From Terriglobia bacterium (GTDB taxonomy: Bacteria; Acidobacteriota; Terriglobia; Bryobacterales; UBA6623): a DNA stretch of 64,000 nt. Numbering within the stretch: position 1 is the first letter of the stretch; every line of letters starts with the position of its first letter. The position numbers and the translations under genes were made by a program. The DNA is taken from contig VXRL01000051.1 of assembly GCA_009838515.1 (NCBI GenBank), positions 16,814-80,813 of the forward strand, written 5' to 3'. Below are positions 26,871 to 37,308 of the stretch, piece after piece. The notes below the pieces were generated by a model that did not search any database, was not told the origin of the DNA, and saw nothing but the letters and a program-made list of their open reading frames with translations.

Positions 26871-27592
26871 CGCACCACACGGCACTCGTCACGGGAGCGA
26901 GCCAAGGTATCGGCCGAGCATGCGCCAAGGCGCTAGCAGCGAATGAGGTGAGCGTGATCGCGGGCGCGCGCCAAACGGACAAGCTGGCAGCGCTGGTCGA
27001 GGAAATCCGGGCGGCCGGCGGCACCGCCGAGGCGGTCGAGCTAGACGTGACGGATCAAGCATCGGTCGACGCGATGGCAAAGTCTCACGGCAGGGACATT
27101 GACATCTTGGTCAACAACGCCGGTATCACGGCTGACAACTTGGGATTGCGCCTGAGGGATACCGACTGGCAGAGTGTCCTTGACACGAACCTAACCGGGG
27201 CCTTCCGATGCTCGCGCGCATTGATGCGCGGCATGATGAAGAAGCGCTGGGGACGCATCGTCAACGTGTCTTCTGTCGTGGCGCTGTCGGGCAACGCCGG
27301 GCAAGCGAACTACTCCGCATCCAAGGCGGGACTGATCGGGCTGACCAAGTCCTTGGCGCAAGAGCTGGCCAGCCGCAAAATTACTGTGAACGCCGTCGCG
27401 CCTGGATTCTTCGCGACCGATATGACCGCACGCCTCGACGAAGCGCAGCAGGCCGACATCTTGACCAGCATCCCGATGGGCCGCATGGGAGAGCTTGACG
27501 AGCTAGCGGCCGCCATCTGCTTTCTGGCGAGCGAGGAAGCCGGATACATCACCGGCCACGTGCTGAACGTCAGCGGCGGGCTCTACATGTGA
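26867..27592 (+). CDS. fabG: 3-oxoacyl-ACP reductase
   Basis: ATGA overlap with fabD. ALVTGASQGIGRA, LVNNAGIT, NVSSVV, YSASKAGLIGLTKSLAQELASRKITVNAVAPGF, ...GHVLNVSGGLYM. Confidence 0.85.
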   Translation: MTHHTALVTGASQGIGRACAKALAANEVSVIAGARQTDKLAALVEEIRAAGGTAEAVELDVTDQASVDAMAKSHGRDIDILVNNAGITADNLGLRLRDTDWQSVLDTNLTGAFRCSRALMRGMMKKRWGRIVNVSSVVALSGNAGQANYSASKAGLIGLTKSLAQELASRKITVNAVAPGFFATDMTARLDEAQQADILTSIPMGRMGELDELAAAICFLASEEAGYITGHVLNVSGGLYM

Positions 27593-28392
27593 TGCCAACC
27601 CCGCATCCCCAAGATGTGACGATCTTGGATCGGATCATCGAACACAAGCGAAACGAACTCGCGGCCGAGCGGTCGGCCACCTCCGAAGCCGAGCTGGAGG
27701 CTCGGCCGGTACCGTCGCGGCGCGGCTTCCGCGCCGCACTCGCATCGAGGCATCCAGCGATTATCGCGGAGATCAAGCGGGCGTCGCCTTCCGCGGGGTT
27801 GATCGCGGCGGACTTTAATCCCGCCACGATCGCCCACAACTACCAACTCGCCGGAGCGGCAGCTCTATCGGTGCTTACGGATGCGCGCTTCTTCCAAGGC
27901 TCGCTGGACGATCTTGCAGCCGCGCGGGCGGCGACCTCGCTGCCCGTGCTGCGCAAGGATTTCACGCTCGATCGCTATCACGTGCTGCAAGCATCGGCCT
28001 GCGGTTCGGACTGCATCTTGCTGATCGCAGCCGCGCTCGAGGACACGGAACTGCGGGAGCTGCACGCCGCCGCGGCGGAGCTGAGTCTCGACGTACTGGT
28101 CGAAGTCCACGACGGATCTGAGCTCGAACGCGCACTCGCTATGGGCGCGAACCTGATCGGCGTGAACAACCGCAACCTCAAGACGATGGAAGTCTCGCTA
28201 CAGACATCGATCGACCTTGCCGAACGATTCCCGGAGCACGTTCTGCGCATTAGCGAGAGCGGCATACGCACTGCCACTGACCTGCGCCGCCTCGAGGACG
28301 CCGGCTACCAAGGATTCCTGGTGGGCGAAGGCCTGATGAGGCATCCGGACCAAGGCCAAGCGCTGGCGGATCTGATGGGCCGGCCGACATGA
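27592..28392 (+). CDS. trpC: Indole-3-glycerol-phosphate synthase
   Basis: The start overlaps the fabG stop (TGATG, or GTGA if it starts at 27589). ILDRIIEHKRNE, AIIAEIKRASPSAG, LSVLTDARFFQGS, LPVLRKDF, ...GVNNRNL, ...ISESGI. Confidence 0.9.
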   Translation: MPTPHPQDVTILDRIIEHKRNELAAERSATSEAELEARPVPSRRGFRAALASRHPAIIAEIKRASPSAGLIAADFNPATIAHNYQLAGAAALSVLTDARFFQGSLDDLAAARAATSLPVLRKDFTLDRYHVLQASACGSDCILLIAAALEDTELRELHAAAAELSLDVLVEVHDGSELERALAMGANLIGVNNRNLKTMEVSLQTSIDLAERFPEHVLRISESGIRTATDLRRLEDAGYQGFLVGEGLMRHPDQGQALADLMGRPT

Positions 28393-29282
28393 GCGGATTC
28401 CTGCACAAGATCGCGGAGCTGCTAGAGGCGATCAAGTTCCAGCATTCAGTCTTTGCCCTGCCTTTTGCCCTCACCGCAACCCTGCTGGCGCTGCGAGAAA
28501 CCGCCATGTCAGGGCCTGATCTGGCTTGGAAGCTGGTCTGGATCATCATCGCCATGGTGGCCGCACGCTCAGCCGCCATGGCGTTCAATCGCCTGGTTGA
28601 CGCACGGACGGACGCGCTGAATCCTCGGACTGCCGGCCGGGCGCTTCCGGCGGGACGACTCTCGAAGCAGTTCGCGGCAGTCTTCGTCTCGATTTCGGCT
28701 GCCGTGCTGGTTCTCGCCGCTTGGCAACTCAACCCGCTCTGCTTCAAGCTCAGCCCGCTCGCCCTGGCACTAGCATTCGGCTACTCGTACACGAAGCGCT
28801 TCACCGCCCTGTCGCACATCGTGCTCGGCGCCGTGCTTGGGGTCGCTCCTGCAGCGGCGTGGATCGCCGTTCGAGGGACGCTAGATCCCGCGATTCTGTT
28901 GCTGGCACTGGCCGTAACGCTCTGGACAGCGGGCTTCGACATCATCTATTCCTGCCAAGATGTCGCATTCGACCGCAGCGCCGGCCTGCATTCCATCCCT
29001 GCCCGTTTCGGTGTCGCGACAGCGTTGCTAGTCTCGCGGCTGCTACATGTCGGCATGGTGGTCTGCCTGCTTGGCATGTGGCTCAACATGGGACTGGGCC
29101 TCATAGCGCTGCTCGGTGTCGCCGCAACGGCCGGACTGCTGGTCTACGAGCAATCCTTGGTGAGCGCCGACGACCTATCACGCGTAGACGCGGCCTTCTT
29201 CACCGTGAACGGTTGGGCCAGCGTTCTGTTCTTCGCGTTCTGGGCCGTAGATCTGTGGCTGCCGCTCCGGCTCCCTGCGTAG
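28389..29282 (+). CDS. UbiA-family aromatic polyprenyltransferase (4-hydroxybenzoate/menaquinone-type)
   Basis: ATGA overlap with trpC. Multiple TM helices. MAFNRLVDARTDALNPRTAGRALPAG is the first Asp-rich NxxxDxxxD motif, and YSCQDVAFD is the second Asp-rich motif. Confidence 0.8.
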   Translation: MSGFLHKIAELLEAIKFQHSVFALPFALTATLLALRETAMSGPDLAWKLVWIIIAMVAARSAAMAFNRLVDARTDALNPRTAGRALPAGRLSKQFAAVFVSISAAVLVLAAWQLNPLCFKLSPLALALAFGYSYTKRFTALSHIVLGAVLGVAPAAAWIAVRGTLDPAILLLALAVTLWTAGFDIIYSCQDVAFDRSAGLHSIPARFGVATALLVSRLLHVGMVVCLLGMWLNMGLGLIALLGVAATAGLLVYEQSLVSADDLSRVDAAFFTVNGWASVLFFAFWAVDLWLPLRLPA

Positions 29283-29367
29283 AGCGGCTGGGCCCCACTC
29301 GGATTGCACGCCGCGGGTCGAGCGACCCCTGCGCGGGGAGCCCGGCAAGTCTGCCAGGCGCAGTCGC

Positions 29368-30129
29368 TCAGTCCATCAGCATCCCGCCGTTGACCTCAAC
29401 CGATTCCCCGACGATGTGCGAAGCGGCGTCGCTGGCAAGGAACGCGATCACGCTGGCAACTTCCTCGGATTCTCCCGCCCGTCCCTGCGGAATCTGCGAC
29501 ACCATATCGCGCATCCGCTCCTCGCTCGAGAAGCGCTCGTGGAATGGCGTGAGGATCACGCCAGGGTTGACGGCGTTGACCCGGATGCCTTGGACGATGA
29601 GTTCCTTGGCCAAGGCCTTCGTCATGCCCGTGACCGCCGCCTTAGCCGTGGCATAGAGGATCGCGCCGGGCCCGCCGCCATTGTGGCCCGCGATGGAGCC
29701 GAGATTCACGACGGCTCCCGTACCGCGCTTCCGCATGTGGTCGGCCGCGGCCTGCGTCACCCACAGCACGCTCGCCAGATTCAGGTCCATCACGCTATTC
29801 CAGAACTCCTCGTCAATTTCGGCGAGGAGCCGGCGCCCGATGAGGGACCCCGCGTTGTTGACCAGCACGTCGATGCGGCCGAAACGCTCGACGACGCTCG
29901 AGACGAGGTGCTGGCACTGCCTGGCATCGGAAAGGTCCGCTTGGAAGCTGGCCGCGGTACCGCCACTGCCCTCAATGGCGGCCACGAGTTCCCGGGCCTC
30001 TCCCTCGCTGGCGTTAAAGTGCACGGCAACGGCATAGCCATCCTTGGCGAATTCGCGAGCCGTGGCCGCCCCGATCCCCAAGGATGCGCCGGTGACGAGC
30101 GCGACAGGCGGTAGGAATTGCTGGGACAT
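29368..30129 (-). CDS. SDR-family oxidoreductase
   Basis: Trimmed to the ATG at 30129. VALVTGASLGIGAATA, LVNNAGS, YATAKAAVTGMTKALAKE (YxxxK), ...GESVEVNGGM. Confidence 0.85.
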   Translation of the reverse strand: MSQQFLPPVALVTGASLGIGAATAREFAKDGYAVAVHFNASEGEARELVAAIEGSGGTAASFQADLSDARQCQHLVSSVVERFGRIDVLVNNAGSLIGRRLLAEIDEEFWNSVMDLNLASVLWVTQAAADHMRKRGTGAVVNLGSIAGHNGGGPGAILYATAKAAVTGMTKALAKELIVQGIRVNAVNPGVILTPFHERFSSEERMRDMVSQIPQGRAGESEEVASVIAFLASDAASHIVGESVEVNGGMLMD

Positions 30130-30241
30130 CGAGGACCAGTGTAACGACGAGCACCCCCTCTGCTCGAGCAGCCAGCGCCGCCGTCTTGAGGGCGACCGCG
30201 CCCTCTTTCGGCGGCCAAGCCTACCTGCCATACTGGCAAGC

Positions 30242-31084
30242 ATGCGCAGTCTTGGCCTCGCCGCCCTGCTCGTGCTCTTTGCATCGCTCTGCCCGGCCCA
30301 GCCGGAGGGCTGGTCGCGACCGTTTCCGGGCCACCGCGTGATCGGCAACCTTTACGCAGTCGGGACCTATGACCTAGGGGTGTTCCTGATCACTTCGGAC
30401 GAGGGCCACATCCTCGTCAACACCGCCCTTGAAGACTCGGTCCCATTGATCCGGCGGAATGTCGAGTCGCTCGGCTTCCGCTTGGAGGACATCAAGATCT
30501 TGCTGCAGATGCAGGCTCACTGGGACCACACTGCGGCCCTGGCTGAGATCAAGCAGCTCACGGGCGCGCAGATGTGGGCAACCGAGGACGATGCGCCGGT
30601 GCTGGAAGACGGCGGCTTCAGCGACCCGCACTTCGGCGGCCGGGTCTCCTTCAAGCCTGTCAAGGTGGACAAAATCATCGAGGACGGCGAGATGATCGAG
30701 CTCGGGGCCATAAGACTCACGGTGATTGACACTCCGGGGCACACGGCGGGCAGTTCCAGCTACCGCATGTCGGTTCGCGAGAACGGCCGCGAATATGAAG
30801 TCGTCATCGCCAACATGGGCACGATCAACCAAGGCAAGAAACTCGTCGTCGACCCTACCTACCCGGGCGTTGCCGAGGATTTCGCCAAGACCTTCGAGCG
30901 CCAGAAGGCCATGCAGGTTGACGTCTGGGTCGCGGCCCACGGATCGCAATACGGGTTGCACAGCAAGTACCGCCCCGGACAGACATACAGTCCTGACGCG
31001 TTCGTGGATCCGGAGGGATTCCTGGCCGCTGTGGAACGCCTCGAAAACCTATACTTGAAGCAGTTGGAGGCCGAGCGGCGCTAA
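30242..31084 (+). CDS. Subclass B3-like metallo-beta-lactamase-fold hydrolase, secreted
   Basis: Trimmed to the ATG at 30242, signal MRSLGLAALLVLFASLCPAQ. IGNLYAVGT...VFLITSDEGHILVNTAL, ...ILLQMQAHWDHTAA (QxHxDH zinc motif), ...TPGHTAGS, ...AAHG. Confidence 0.75.
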   Translation: MRSLGLAALLVLFASLCPAQPEGWSRPFPGHRVIGNLYAVGTYDLGVFLITSDEGHILVNTALEDSVPLIRRNVESLGFRLEDIKILLQMQAHWDHTAALAEIKQLTGAQMWATEDDAPVLEDGGFSDPHFGGRVSFKPVKVDKIIEDGEMIELGAIRLTVIDTPGHTAGSSSYRMSVRENGREYEVVIANMGTINQGKKLVVDPTYPGVAEDFAKTFERQKAMQVDVWVAAHGSQYGLHSKYRPGQTYSPDAFVDPEGFLAAVERLENLYLKQLEAERR

Positions 31085-31137
31085 GCGGCGACGGCCGCAA
31101 GCGCCTTGCCCCCTCACGGTCACAGTGGTACCGTGAC

Positions 31138-32271
31138 GTGAAGAGAAGCCTAGTGCTACCTCGCATCTCCGATCCCCGCCTGAGGCCAATCGCCGACAAG
31201 GTAGCGAACGGCGCGCGCCTGTCTTTCGAGGACGGCGTGAACCTGTACAGGTCGCCAGATCTGCTGGCGGTGGGCTATTTGGCCAACGAGGTTCGCGAGC
31301 GGCTGAACGGGAACCGGACCTATTTCAACGTCAACCGCCACATCAACCCGACCGACGTGTGCGTGGCAGCCTGCAAGCTGTGCGCGTTCGGCAAGCAGAA
31401 GCGCAACCCGACCGCCTACACCATGTCGCTGGAGCAGGTCTGGCACACCGCCGGAATCGGCTACAGCGAGGAAATCTCAGAGTTCCACGTCGTCGGCGGC
31501 CTGCATCCAGAGCTTGGCCTGGATTGGTTTTCCAAGATGTTCGGGGGGCTTAAGCAGCGCTTCCCAAGGGTCCACCTTAAGGCCCTGACCATGGTCGAGA
31601 TCGGCTATCTGGCACGTCGCGAGGGCATCTCCATCCAAGAAACCCTGGAGCGGCTCCGCGACTCCGGCGTCGACTCTCTGCCAGGCGGCGGCGCGGAGAT
31701 CTTTACCGAGCGCGTCCGCCGCATCATCTGCGACCACAAGATCGATGGCGACGAATGGATCGAGACAGCCCGGACGGCGCACAACCTAGGCCTGAAGTCC
31801 AACGCCACCATGCTTTACGGTCACATCGAAACCGACGAGGACCGCGTTGACCACCTGCTGCGGCTGCGGTCGCTGCAGGACGACACCGGCGGTTTCCAGA
31901 CGTTCATCCCGCTGGCGTTCCATCCCCAGAACACCCCGATGCACCACCTGCCGATGACGTCAGGCTTTCAAGACATCAGGGCCATCGCCGTGGCCCGGCT
32001 CCTGCTGGACAACTTCCCGCACATCAAGGCCTACTGGATCATGATGACCCCGAAGATCGCGCAGATCGCGCAGCGCTTCGGTGCGGACGACATCGACGGG
32101 ACTGTGGTGGAAGAGAAGATCTACCACGACGCCGGCGCAAAGACTCCGCAAGTGCTGCGACGAGAGCAGCTGCTGCGCCTGATCCGCAGCTCCGGCCGCG
32201 AACCCACCGAGCGCGACACGCTCTACCGGGAAGTGCGGCGCGACGAGGCGACCTTGGCGCTGGCCGTCTGA
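31138..32271 (+). CDS. mqnE: Radical-SAM enzyme of the MqnE/MqnC family (probably aminofutalosine synthase)
   Basis: NVNRHINPTDVCVAACKLCAFGK carries the CxxxCxxC radical-SAM cluster in the MqnE/MqnC/CofH-like context. HVVGGLHP, ...LPGGGAEIF, ...SNATMLYGHIET. The assignment between MqnE and MqnC is tentative. Confidence 0.65.
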   Translation: MKRSLVLPRISDPRLRPIADKVANGARLSFEDGVNLYRSPDLLAVGYLANEVRERLNGNRTYFNVNRHINPTDVCVAACKLCAFGKQKRNPTAYTMSLEQVWHTAGIGYSEEISEFHVVGGLHPELGLDWFSKMFGGLKQRFPRVHLKALTMVEIGYLARREGISIQETLERLRDSGVDSLPGGGAEIFTERVRRIICDHKIDGDEWIETARTAHNLGLKSNATMLYGHIETDEDRVDHLLRLRSLQDDTGGFQTFIPLAFHPQNTPMHHLPMTSGFQDIRAIAVARLLLDNFPHIKAYWIMMTPKIAQIAQRFGADDIDGTVVEEKIYHDAGAKTPQVLRREQLLRLIRSSGREPTERDTLYREVRRDEATLALAV

Positions 32272-32293
32272 CGGCCCGGTCGCGACTCTGCGC

Positions 32294-32722
32294 TCACGGC
32301 TCGAGCAGTTTCAGGATCTGCTCCAAGCCGCTGCGAATCTCCGCAAGGCCCTCGCGCGGGACCTTCCCGCCATCCCGCGGCGACAGCGGCGGCCCGGCTT
32401 CTGCGGGGGCAGTCGCGGCTGGCTCGGGCGCGTGCCCTTGCGCGGCCGCGCTATTGGTGCGCAAGGCCCGCCGCGCACCCGCGATGGTGTACTTGTCCCT
32501 GTACAGGAGCTGCTTGATGGCAAGGATCGTCTCAAGATCCTTGCGGCGGTACTGCCGCTGCCCCTTGGGGGTCTTGCGGGGAGCCAGCATCGGAAACTCC
32601 GACTCCCAGAAGCGCAGAACATGCGCTTCCACTCCCGCGATCTTCGTAACCTCGCCGATCCGAAAGAACAATCTATTCGGAATCTCCGGCTGGCTACCGC
32701 CTGCGCCCTGGTCTTCCACCAT
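32294..32722 (-). CDS. MerR-family transcriptional regulator
   Basis: Trimmed to the ATG at 32722. LFFRIGEVTKIAGVEAHVLRFWESEFPMLAPRKTPKGQRQYRRKDLETILAIKQLLY is the MerR winged-HTH signature. Confidence 0.8.
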   Translation of the reverse strand: MVEDQGAGGSQPEIPNRLFFRIGEVTKIAGVEAHVLRFWESEFPMLAPRKTPKGQRQYRRKDLETILAIKQLLYRDKYTIAGARRALRTNSAAAQGHAPEPAATAPAEAGPPLSPRDGGKVPREGLAEIRSGLEQILKLLEP

Positions 32723-32831
32723 CGGCGAAACATTATACTTGGCCCGAAAGCCTCGCGGCTGCCGGCAGCGCGTCGGCAGACCCGCGCGAGTCTCTCGCCC
32801 TCGTCCGCTCGAGACTGCCAACCCTTGCGTA

Positions 32832-34292
32832 ATGAAGCTGATCCGAATCGCCGCGATCCTAGCCCTGTTCGCCAACAGCTCGGCCGCAGGAGCAACAACC
32901 AACGTCCTGCTGATCCTCGCCGATGACCTCAATGACTGGGTCGGGGCGCTGACTTCCCACCCCAACGCGCGTACTCCCAACATCGACCGGCTGGCGGCAG
33001 GCGGAATGCTGTTTCGCCAAGCCTATGCCGCCTCTCCGAAGTGCAATCCCTCGCGCACGGCGCTGCTGCTCGGCCTGGCCCCGTCTACGACCGGCATCTA
33101 CGACAACGGCCATTGGTGGAGGCCTCACATGCCAGAGGCCATCACGCTGCCGGAGGCATTCCGGCGAGCTGGCTACCATGTCGCCGGCGGCGGCAAGATC
33201 TTCCACCACACGGCAGGTTTCAATCCTCCCGACCTGTGGGACGCGTACTTCGACCTTCGGTTCGACGACCCGTGGGACCGGGCCGGGCCAGCCTACCCCG
33301 GACTCGGCCCGGCCCGGCCGCCGCCCGGACACCCGCTGGCCGGCATGACTCCGTTTCGCCACGAGCTGGACTGGGGCTCGCTGCCGATCCGCGAGGCGGA
33401 CTACGGCGACGCACGCACGGTGGCCTGGGCTGGCGACTTTCTCCGGCAGGAACGAGCGCAGCCGTTCTTGCTCGCCGTCGGCCTCTTCCATCCCCACCTT
33501 CCCTGGTATGCGCCGCAGCGATTCTTCGCGGCCTTCGAAGCAGGCCAAACCGCACTCCCACACGCTCCCGCCGACGACCTCGCGGACGTCCCGGCCGAGG
33601 GACGGCGCCTAGCTGCTCGCGGGGCCGACGTCTTCGCAGCCATCCGCGCGGCCGGAAAATGGGCGGAAGCAGTCAGCGCCTATGCCGCCAACATCGCTTT
33701 CGCCGATGCCCTGGTGGGGCAGCTGCTCGCAGCACTGGAGGACAGCCCGCATTCCGAGAACACGGTTGTCGTCTTCGCATCGGACCACGGCTTCCACCTT
33801 GGAGAAAAACAGCACTGGCACAAATCCACGCTCTGGGAGCGGGCCACTCACGTGCCCCTTGTGATTCGCGGACCGGGCGTGGCGGCCGGTAGCATCTGCG
33901 ACAGCCCCGTCAGCCTGCTCGACATCTATCCGACACTGCTCGAGCTGGCCGGCGTTCCCGCTGGCTCCAAGCTCGACGGCCACAGCCTGGCCGGTCTGTT
34001 GGCAGATCCGGATTCGGAGCCTGACCGGCACGCTGGCATCACCTACCTCCACGGCAATCACGCGGTGCGCCAAGGCCGCTGGCTCTACATCCGCTACCGC
34101 GACGGCGGTGAGGAGCTGTATGACCGCGCCGCCGACCCTCACGAGCTGACCAATCTGGCCGACGACGAAGAACTGCTTGCGGTAAAGCGGGCGCTGGCTG
34201 AACTACTTCCGCGCGGAAACGCCGCTGCAGCGCCGCTCAAGAGCGCGTACGTCTTCGATTCCGGCGAGTACTCGTGGGTACCGAAGCCGTGA
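32832..34292 (+). CDS. Sulfatase-family protein, secreted
   Basis: Trimmed to the ATG at 32832, signal [51 protein letters not shown] (C-x-P-x-R), ...[17 protein letters not shown]. Confidence 0.85.
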   Translation: MKLIRIAAILALFANSSAAGATTNVLLILADDLNDWVGALTSHPNARTPNIDRLAAGGMLFRQAYAASPKCNPSRTALLLGLAPSTTGIYDNGHWWRPHMPEAITLPEAFRRAGYHVAGGGKIFHHTAGFNPPDLWDAYFDLRFDDPWDRAGPAYPGLGPARPPPGHPLAGMTPFRHELDWGSLPIREADYGDARTVAWAGDFLRQERAQPFLLAVGLFHPHLPWYAPQRFFAAFEAGQTALPHAPADDLADVPAEGRRLAARGADVFAAIRAAGKWAEAVSAYAANIAFADALVGQLLAALEDSPHSENTVVVFASDHGFHLGEKQHWHKSTLWERATHVPLVIRGPGVAAGSICDSPVSLLDIYPTLLELAGVPAGSKLDGHSLAGLLADPDSEPDRHAGITYLHGNHAVRQGRWLYIRYRDGGEELYDRAADPHELTNLADDEELLAVKRALAELLPRGNAAAAPLKSAYVFDSGEYSWVPKP

Positions 34293-34342
34293 AAGGAAGG
34301 GACCGGGCGCTTCCTATAATGGAGTATCGGCTCCGGCAGACG

Positions 34343-34888
34343 ATGGCCCTGCACCCCCGCATCCGCTCCACCACGGTGCTCTGCGTCCGCCGTGACGGCA
34401 AGGTTGCCCTCGCCGGCGACGGCCAGGTCACCATGGGCGCCGAGGTCATGAAGTCCTCGGCCAAGAAGATCCGGCGCCTCCACAACGAGCAAGTCCTGGC
34501 CGGATTCGCCGGCTCCACGGCCGATGCGATTTCTCTTTTCACGCGCTTTGAGGAGAAGCTCCAAGCCTTCGGCGGCAATCTGAGCCGGGCAGCGGTCGAG
34601 CTGTCCAAGGAGTGGCGCATGGACAAGACGCTGCGCCACTTGGAAGCGCTGCTGCTGGTGGCCGACGCGAAGTCGACCCTGCTGCTGAGCGGGACCGGTG
34701 ATGTCATCGAACCTGACGACCGCGTGGCCGCTGTCGGATCGGGCGGCTCCTATGCGGTCGCCGCGGCCAACGCCCTGCTCGAGCACACGGACCTGAGCGC
34801 GCGAGAAGTCGCCGAGGCAGCGATGAAGATCGCGGCGGACATCTGCATCTATACCAACTCAAACATCGCGTTCGAGGAATTGAGCTAG
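34343..34888 (+). CDS. hslV: ATP-dependent protease subunit HslV
   Basis: [24 protein letters not shown]... KKIRRL... GFAGSTADA ... AVGSGGSYA ... ICIYTN is collinear with E. coli HslV (TTIVSVRR...GDGQ). The start is uncertain: ATG 34343 gives a 9-aa propeptide; ATG 34319 is the alternative. Confidence 0.9.
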   Translation: MALHPRIRSTTVLCVRRDGKVALAGDGQVTMGAEVMKSSAKKIRRLHNEQVLAGFAGSTADAISLFTRFEEKLQAFGGNLSRAAVELSKEWRMDKTLRHLEALLLVADAKSTLLLSGTGDVIEPDDRVAAVGSGGSYAVAAANALLEHTDLSAREVAEAAMKIAADICIYTNSNIAFEELS

Positions 34889-34892
34889 CGCA

Positions 34893-36263
34893 ATGGTCAT
34901 CTTCCTTCCCGGCGACTCCGGGTCTAGCTCGACGGCTCTCGACGAGCTGACTCCGCGGGAGATCGTCGAAGAACTCGACAAGCACGTGGTCGGCCAGGCC
35001 GAGGCCAAGCGGGCCGTGGCCGTGGCCCTGCGCAACCGCATCCGGCGCCAGCGGCTGGACCCTGAAATGGCCGAAGAGGTGATGCCCAAGAACATCCTCA
35101 TGATGGGCCCGACCGGCGTCGGCAAGACCGAGGTCGCGCGTCGCCTGGCGCGGCTGTCGAACTCGCCGTTCGTGAAGGTCGAAGCGACCAAGTTCACCGA
35201 GGTCGGCTACGTGGGCCGCGACGTCGACTCGATGATCCGGGACCTCGTCGAAATGGCGATCGACATGATCCGCGAGCAGAAGATCGACCTCGTCGCGGAT
35301 CGGGCCGAGAAGAACGCCGAAGAACGCCTGCTGCAGATTCTGATGCCGCCCCAGAAGAGCGAGGACAAGGACGAGACTGACAGCACAGCGGCAACGCGCG
35401 AGAAGCTGCGCAAGAAGTTGCGCGAAGGCAAGCTAGACGACCGCATGGTCGAGATCGATATCCAGAACCGGAACAACCCGATCGAGGTCGTCACCAACCA
35501 AGGCGTCGAGGAGATGGACATCAATATCCGGGAGTTGGTCCCCGGGTTGTTCGGCGGGCAGACCCGCCGCCGCAAGATGACCGTACTGGACGCTTTGGAC
35601 ACGCTGACCCAAGAAGAGGAGCAGAAGCTGATCGACATGGAACAGATCACGCGCATGGCAGTTGAGCGCACCGAGCAGGCCGGGATCGTGTTTCTTGACG
35701 AAATGGACAAGATCGCCGGACGCGAAGGCGGGCGCGGCCCGGAGGTGAGCCGCGAAGGCGTCCAGCGCGACCTGCTGCCGATCGTGGAAGGCACCACGGT
35801 CAACACCCGCTACGGGATGATCCGCACCGACCACATCCTGTTCATCGCCGCCGGCGCATTCCACGTGGCCAAGCCCAGCGACATGATTCCCGAGATGCAG
35901 GGGCGCTTCCCGATCCGAGTCGAACTCAAGCCGCTGACGAAGGATGATTTCATCCGGATCCTGACCGAGCCCAAGAACGCACTGACCAAGCAGTACATCG
36001 CGCTGCTGGAGACCGAGGGCTTGAAGCTGGAATTCACCGAGGGCTCGATCGAGGAAATCGCGCGCACTGCGATGATCGTCAACGAGCAAACCGAGGACAT
36101 CGGGGCGCGGCGGCTCCACACGATCATGGAGAAGTTGCTGGACAAGATCTCGTTCGAAGCTCCTGACATGCGGGAGAGCAGCGCCAAGATCGACGTGGCG
36201 TACGTGAACGCGCAACTCGCCTCGATCGTGAAGGATCAAGATCTGAGCCGCTATATCCTCTGA
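34893..36263 (+). CDS. hslU: ATP-dependent protease ATPase subunit HslU
   Basis: [31 protein letters not shown], Walker [47 protein letters not shown], ...[11 protein letters not shown], ...GRFPIRVEL. Confidence 0.95.
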   Translation: MVIFLPGDSGSSSTALDELTPREIVEELDKHVVGQAEAKRAVAVALRNRIRRQRLDPEMAEEVMPKNILMMGPTGVGKTEVARRLARLSNSPFVKVEATKFTEVGYVGRDVDSMIRDLVEMAIDMIREQKIDLVADRAEKNAEERLLQILMPPQKSEDKDETDSTAATREKLRKKLREGKLDDRMVEIDIQNRNNPIEVVTNQGVEEMDINIRELVPGLFGGQTRRRKMTVLDALDTLTQEEEQKLIDMEQITRMAVERTEQAGIVFLDEMDKIAGREGGRGPEVSREGVQRDLLPIVEGTTVNTRYGMIRTDHILFIAAGAFHVAKPSDMIPEMQGRFPIRVELKPLTKDDFIRILTEPKNALTKQYIALLETEGLKLEFTEGSIEEIARTAMIVNEQTEDIGARRLHTIMEKLLDKISFEAPDMRESSAKIDVAYVNAQLASIVKDQDLSRYIL

Positions 36264-36266
36264 CAG

Positions 36267-37304
36267 ATGGCCCGAAGGCAGCGGAGCCGGTTGCAACACG
36301 CCGCACGGTGCGGCGCGTTGGCTGTGATCACGACCTCGTGCGGTTCGGTAGGCGACCCGCTGCCGCCGCTTGTGGACCTGCCACAACCGGTTGGGGACCT
36401 CGCGGCGCACCAAGTCGCGCATGAGGTCCGGATCGAGTGGAGTTGGCCGCTTGTCACCACCGAGGGCATGGCCGCTCGCAACGTCAGCGGCTTCACGCTG
36501 TGGGCCGTGGACGTGCCGGGCTTTGGCAATGCGCTCGCGGCACAGACGATCGACGTGTACCGTCGCGAGATGCTGACTGTCGGTGGTTCCGAGCTGGCCG
36601 ACCTCGGGCCCGGCGACCGGGTTGACGCGCGCCTTCCCCTAGGCGACTGGCCGCTCGGCCAGGAAGCGGTCTTGGTCGTGACGGCCGCAAACCGCGCCGG
36701 ACGGCACGCGGGATACTCGAACCAAGTCCAACTCCAGCCGCTGGACCCTCCCGAACGCGCGAGTTGGGCGTCGAACTCAGTCCAGGCCGAAGGCGTGGCA
36801 CTGGCGTGGCTGCCAGCCGCACGCGCTGAGGAGTACGCCGTCGACAGAGCCGCAGGCGATGACGGAGAGTACCGGCCGCTCGGGCGTCTGGCTGCGACGG
36901 CGTTCCTCGACCGCACCGTGGGCTGGGGCCGAACCTACCGGTATCGAGTTCGCCCGCTCCGCAGATCAGAGGCTGGATGGATCGAGGGCTCAGCTTCCGA
37001 AGCTGTCAGCGTGACCCCGCAGGACACCTTCCCGCCGACACCGCCAACGGGCCTGCGAGCGGTGCGAACCGAGGAGGCGGTGGAGTTGTCGTGGCTGTCC
37101 AGCCCGGAACAAGACGTCGCCGGCTATCGCGTCTATCGGGACGGCACGGCGATTTCCGAGGTCTCGGCAGACACCACCTATAGCGATGGCGAAGCCGAAC
37201 GCAAGGCGCACGAGTTTTCGGTGTCCGCACTCGACACGAGCGGCAACGAGAGCCTTCCGGGTCCTTCGATCACGGTCTCCGCGCCCGCCTCGCCGATAGA
37301 CTAG
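36267..37304 (+). CDS. Fibronectin-type-III domain lipoprotein (unknown function)
   Basis: The ATG lies 3 nt after the hslU stop. LAVITTSCGS is a lipobox-like signal. The C-terminal PPTPPTGLRAVRTEEAVELSWLSSPEQDVAGYRVYRDG...SDGEAERKAHEFSVSALDTSGNES is an FN3 repeat, and an earlier EGVALAWLPAARAEEYAVDR...YRYRVRP is a second FN3-like unit. Confidence 0.6.
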   Translation: MARRQRSRLQHAARCGALAVITTSCGSVGDPLPPLVDLPQPVGDLAAHQVAHEVRIEWSWPLVTTEGMAARNVSGFTLWAVDVPGFGNALAAQTIDVYRREMLTVGGSELADLGPGDRVDARLPLGDWPLGQEAVLVVTAANRAGRHAGYSNQVQLQPLDPPERASWASNSVQAEGVALAWLPAARAEEYAVDRAAGDDGEYRPLGRLAATAFLDRTVGWGRTYRYRVRPLRRSEAGWIEGSASEAVSVTPQDTFPPTPPTGLRAVRTEEAVELSWLSSPEQDVAGYRVYRDGTAISEVSADTTYSDGEAERKAHEFSVSALDTSGNESLPGPSITVSAPASPID

Positions 37305-37308
37305 TGAA

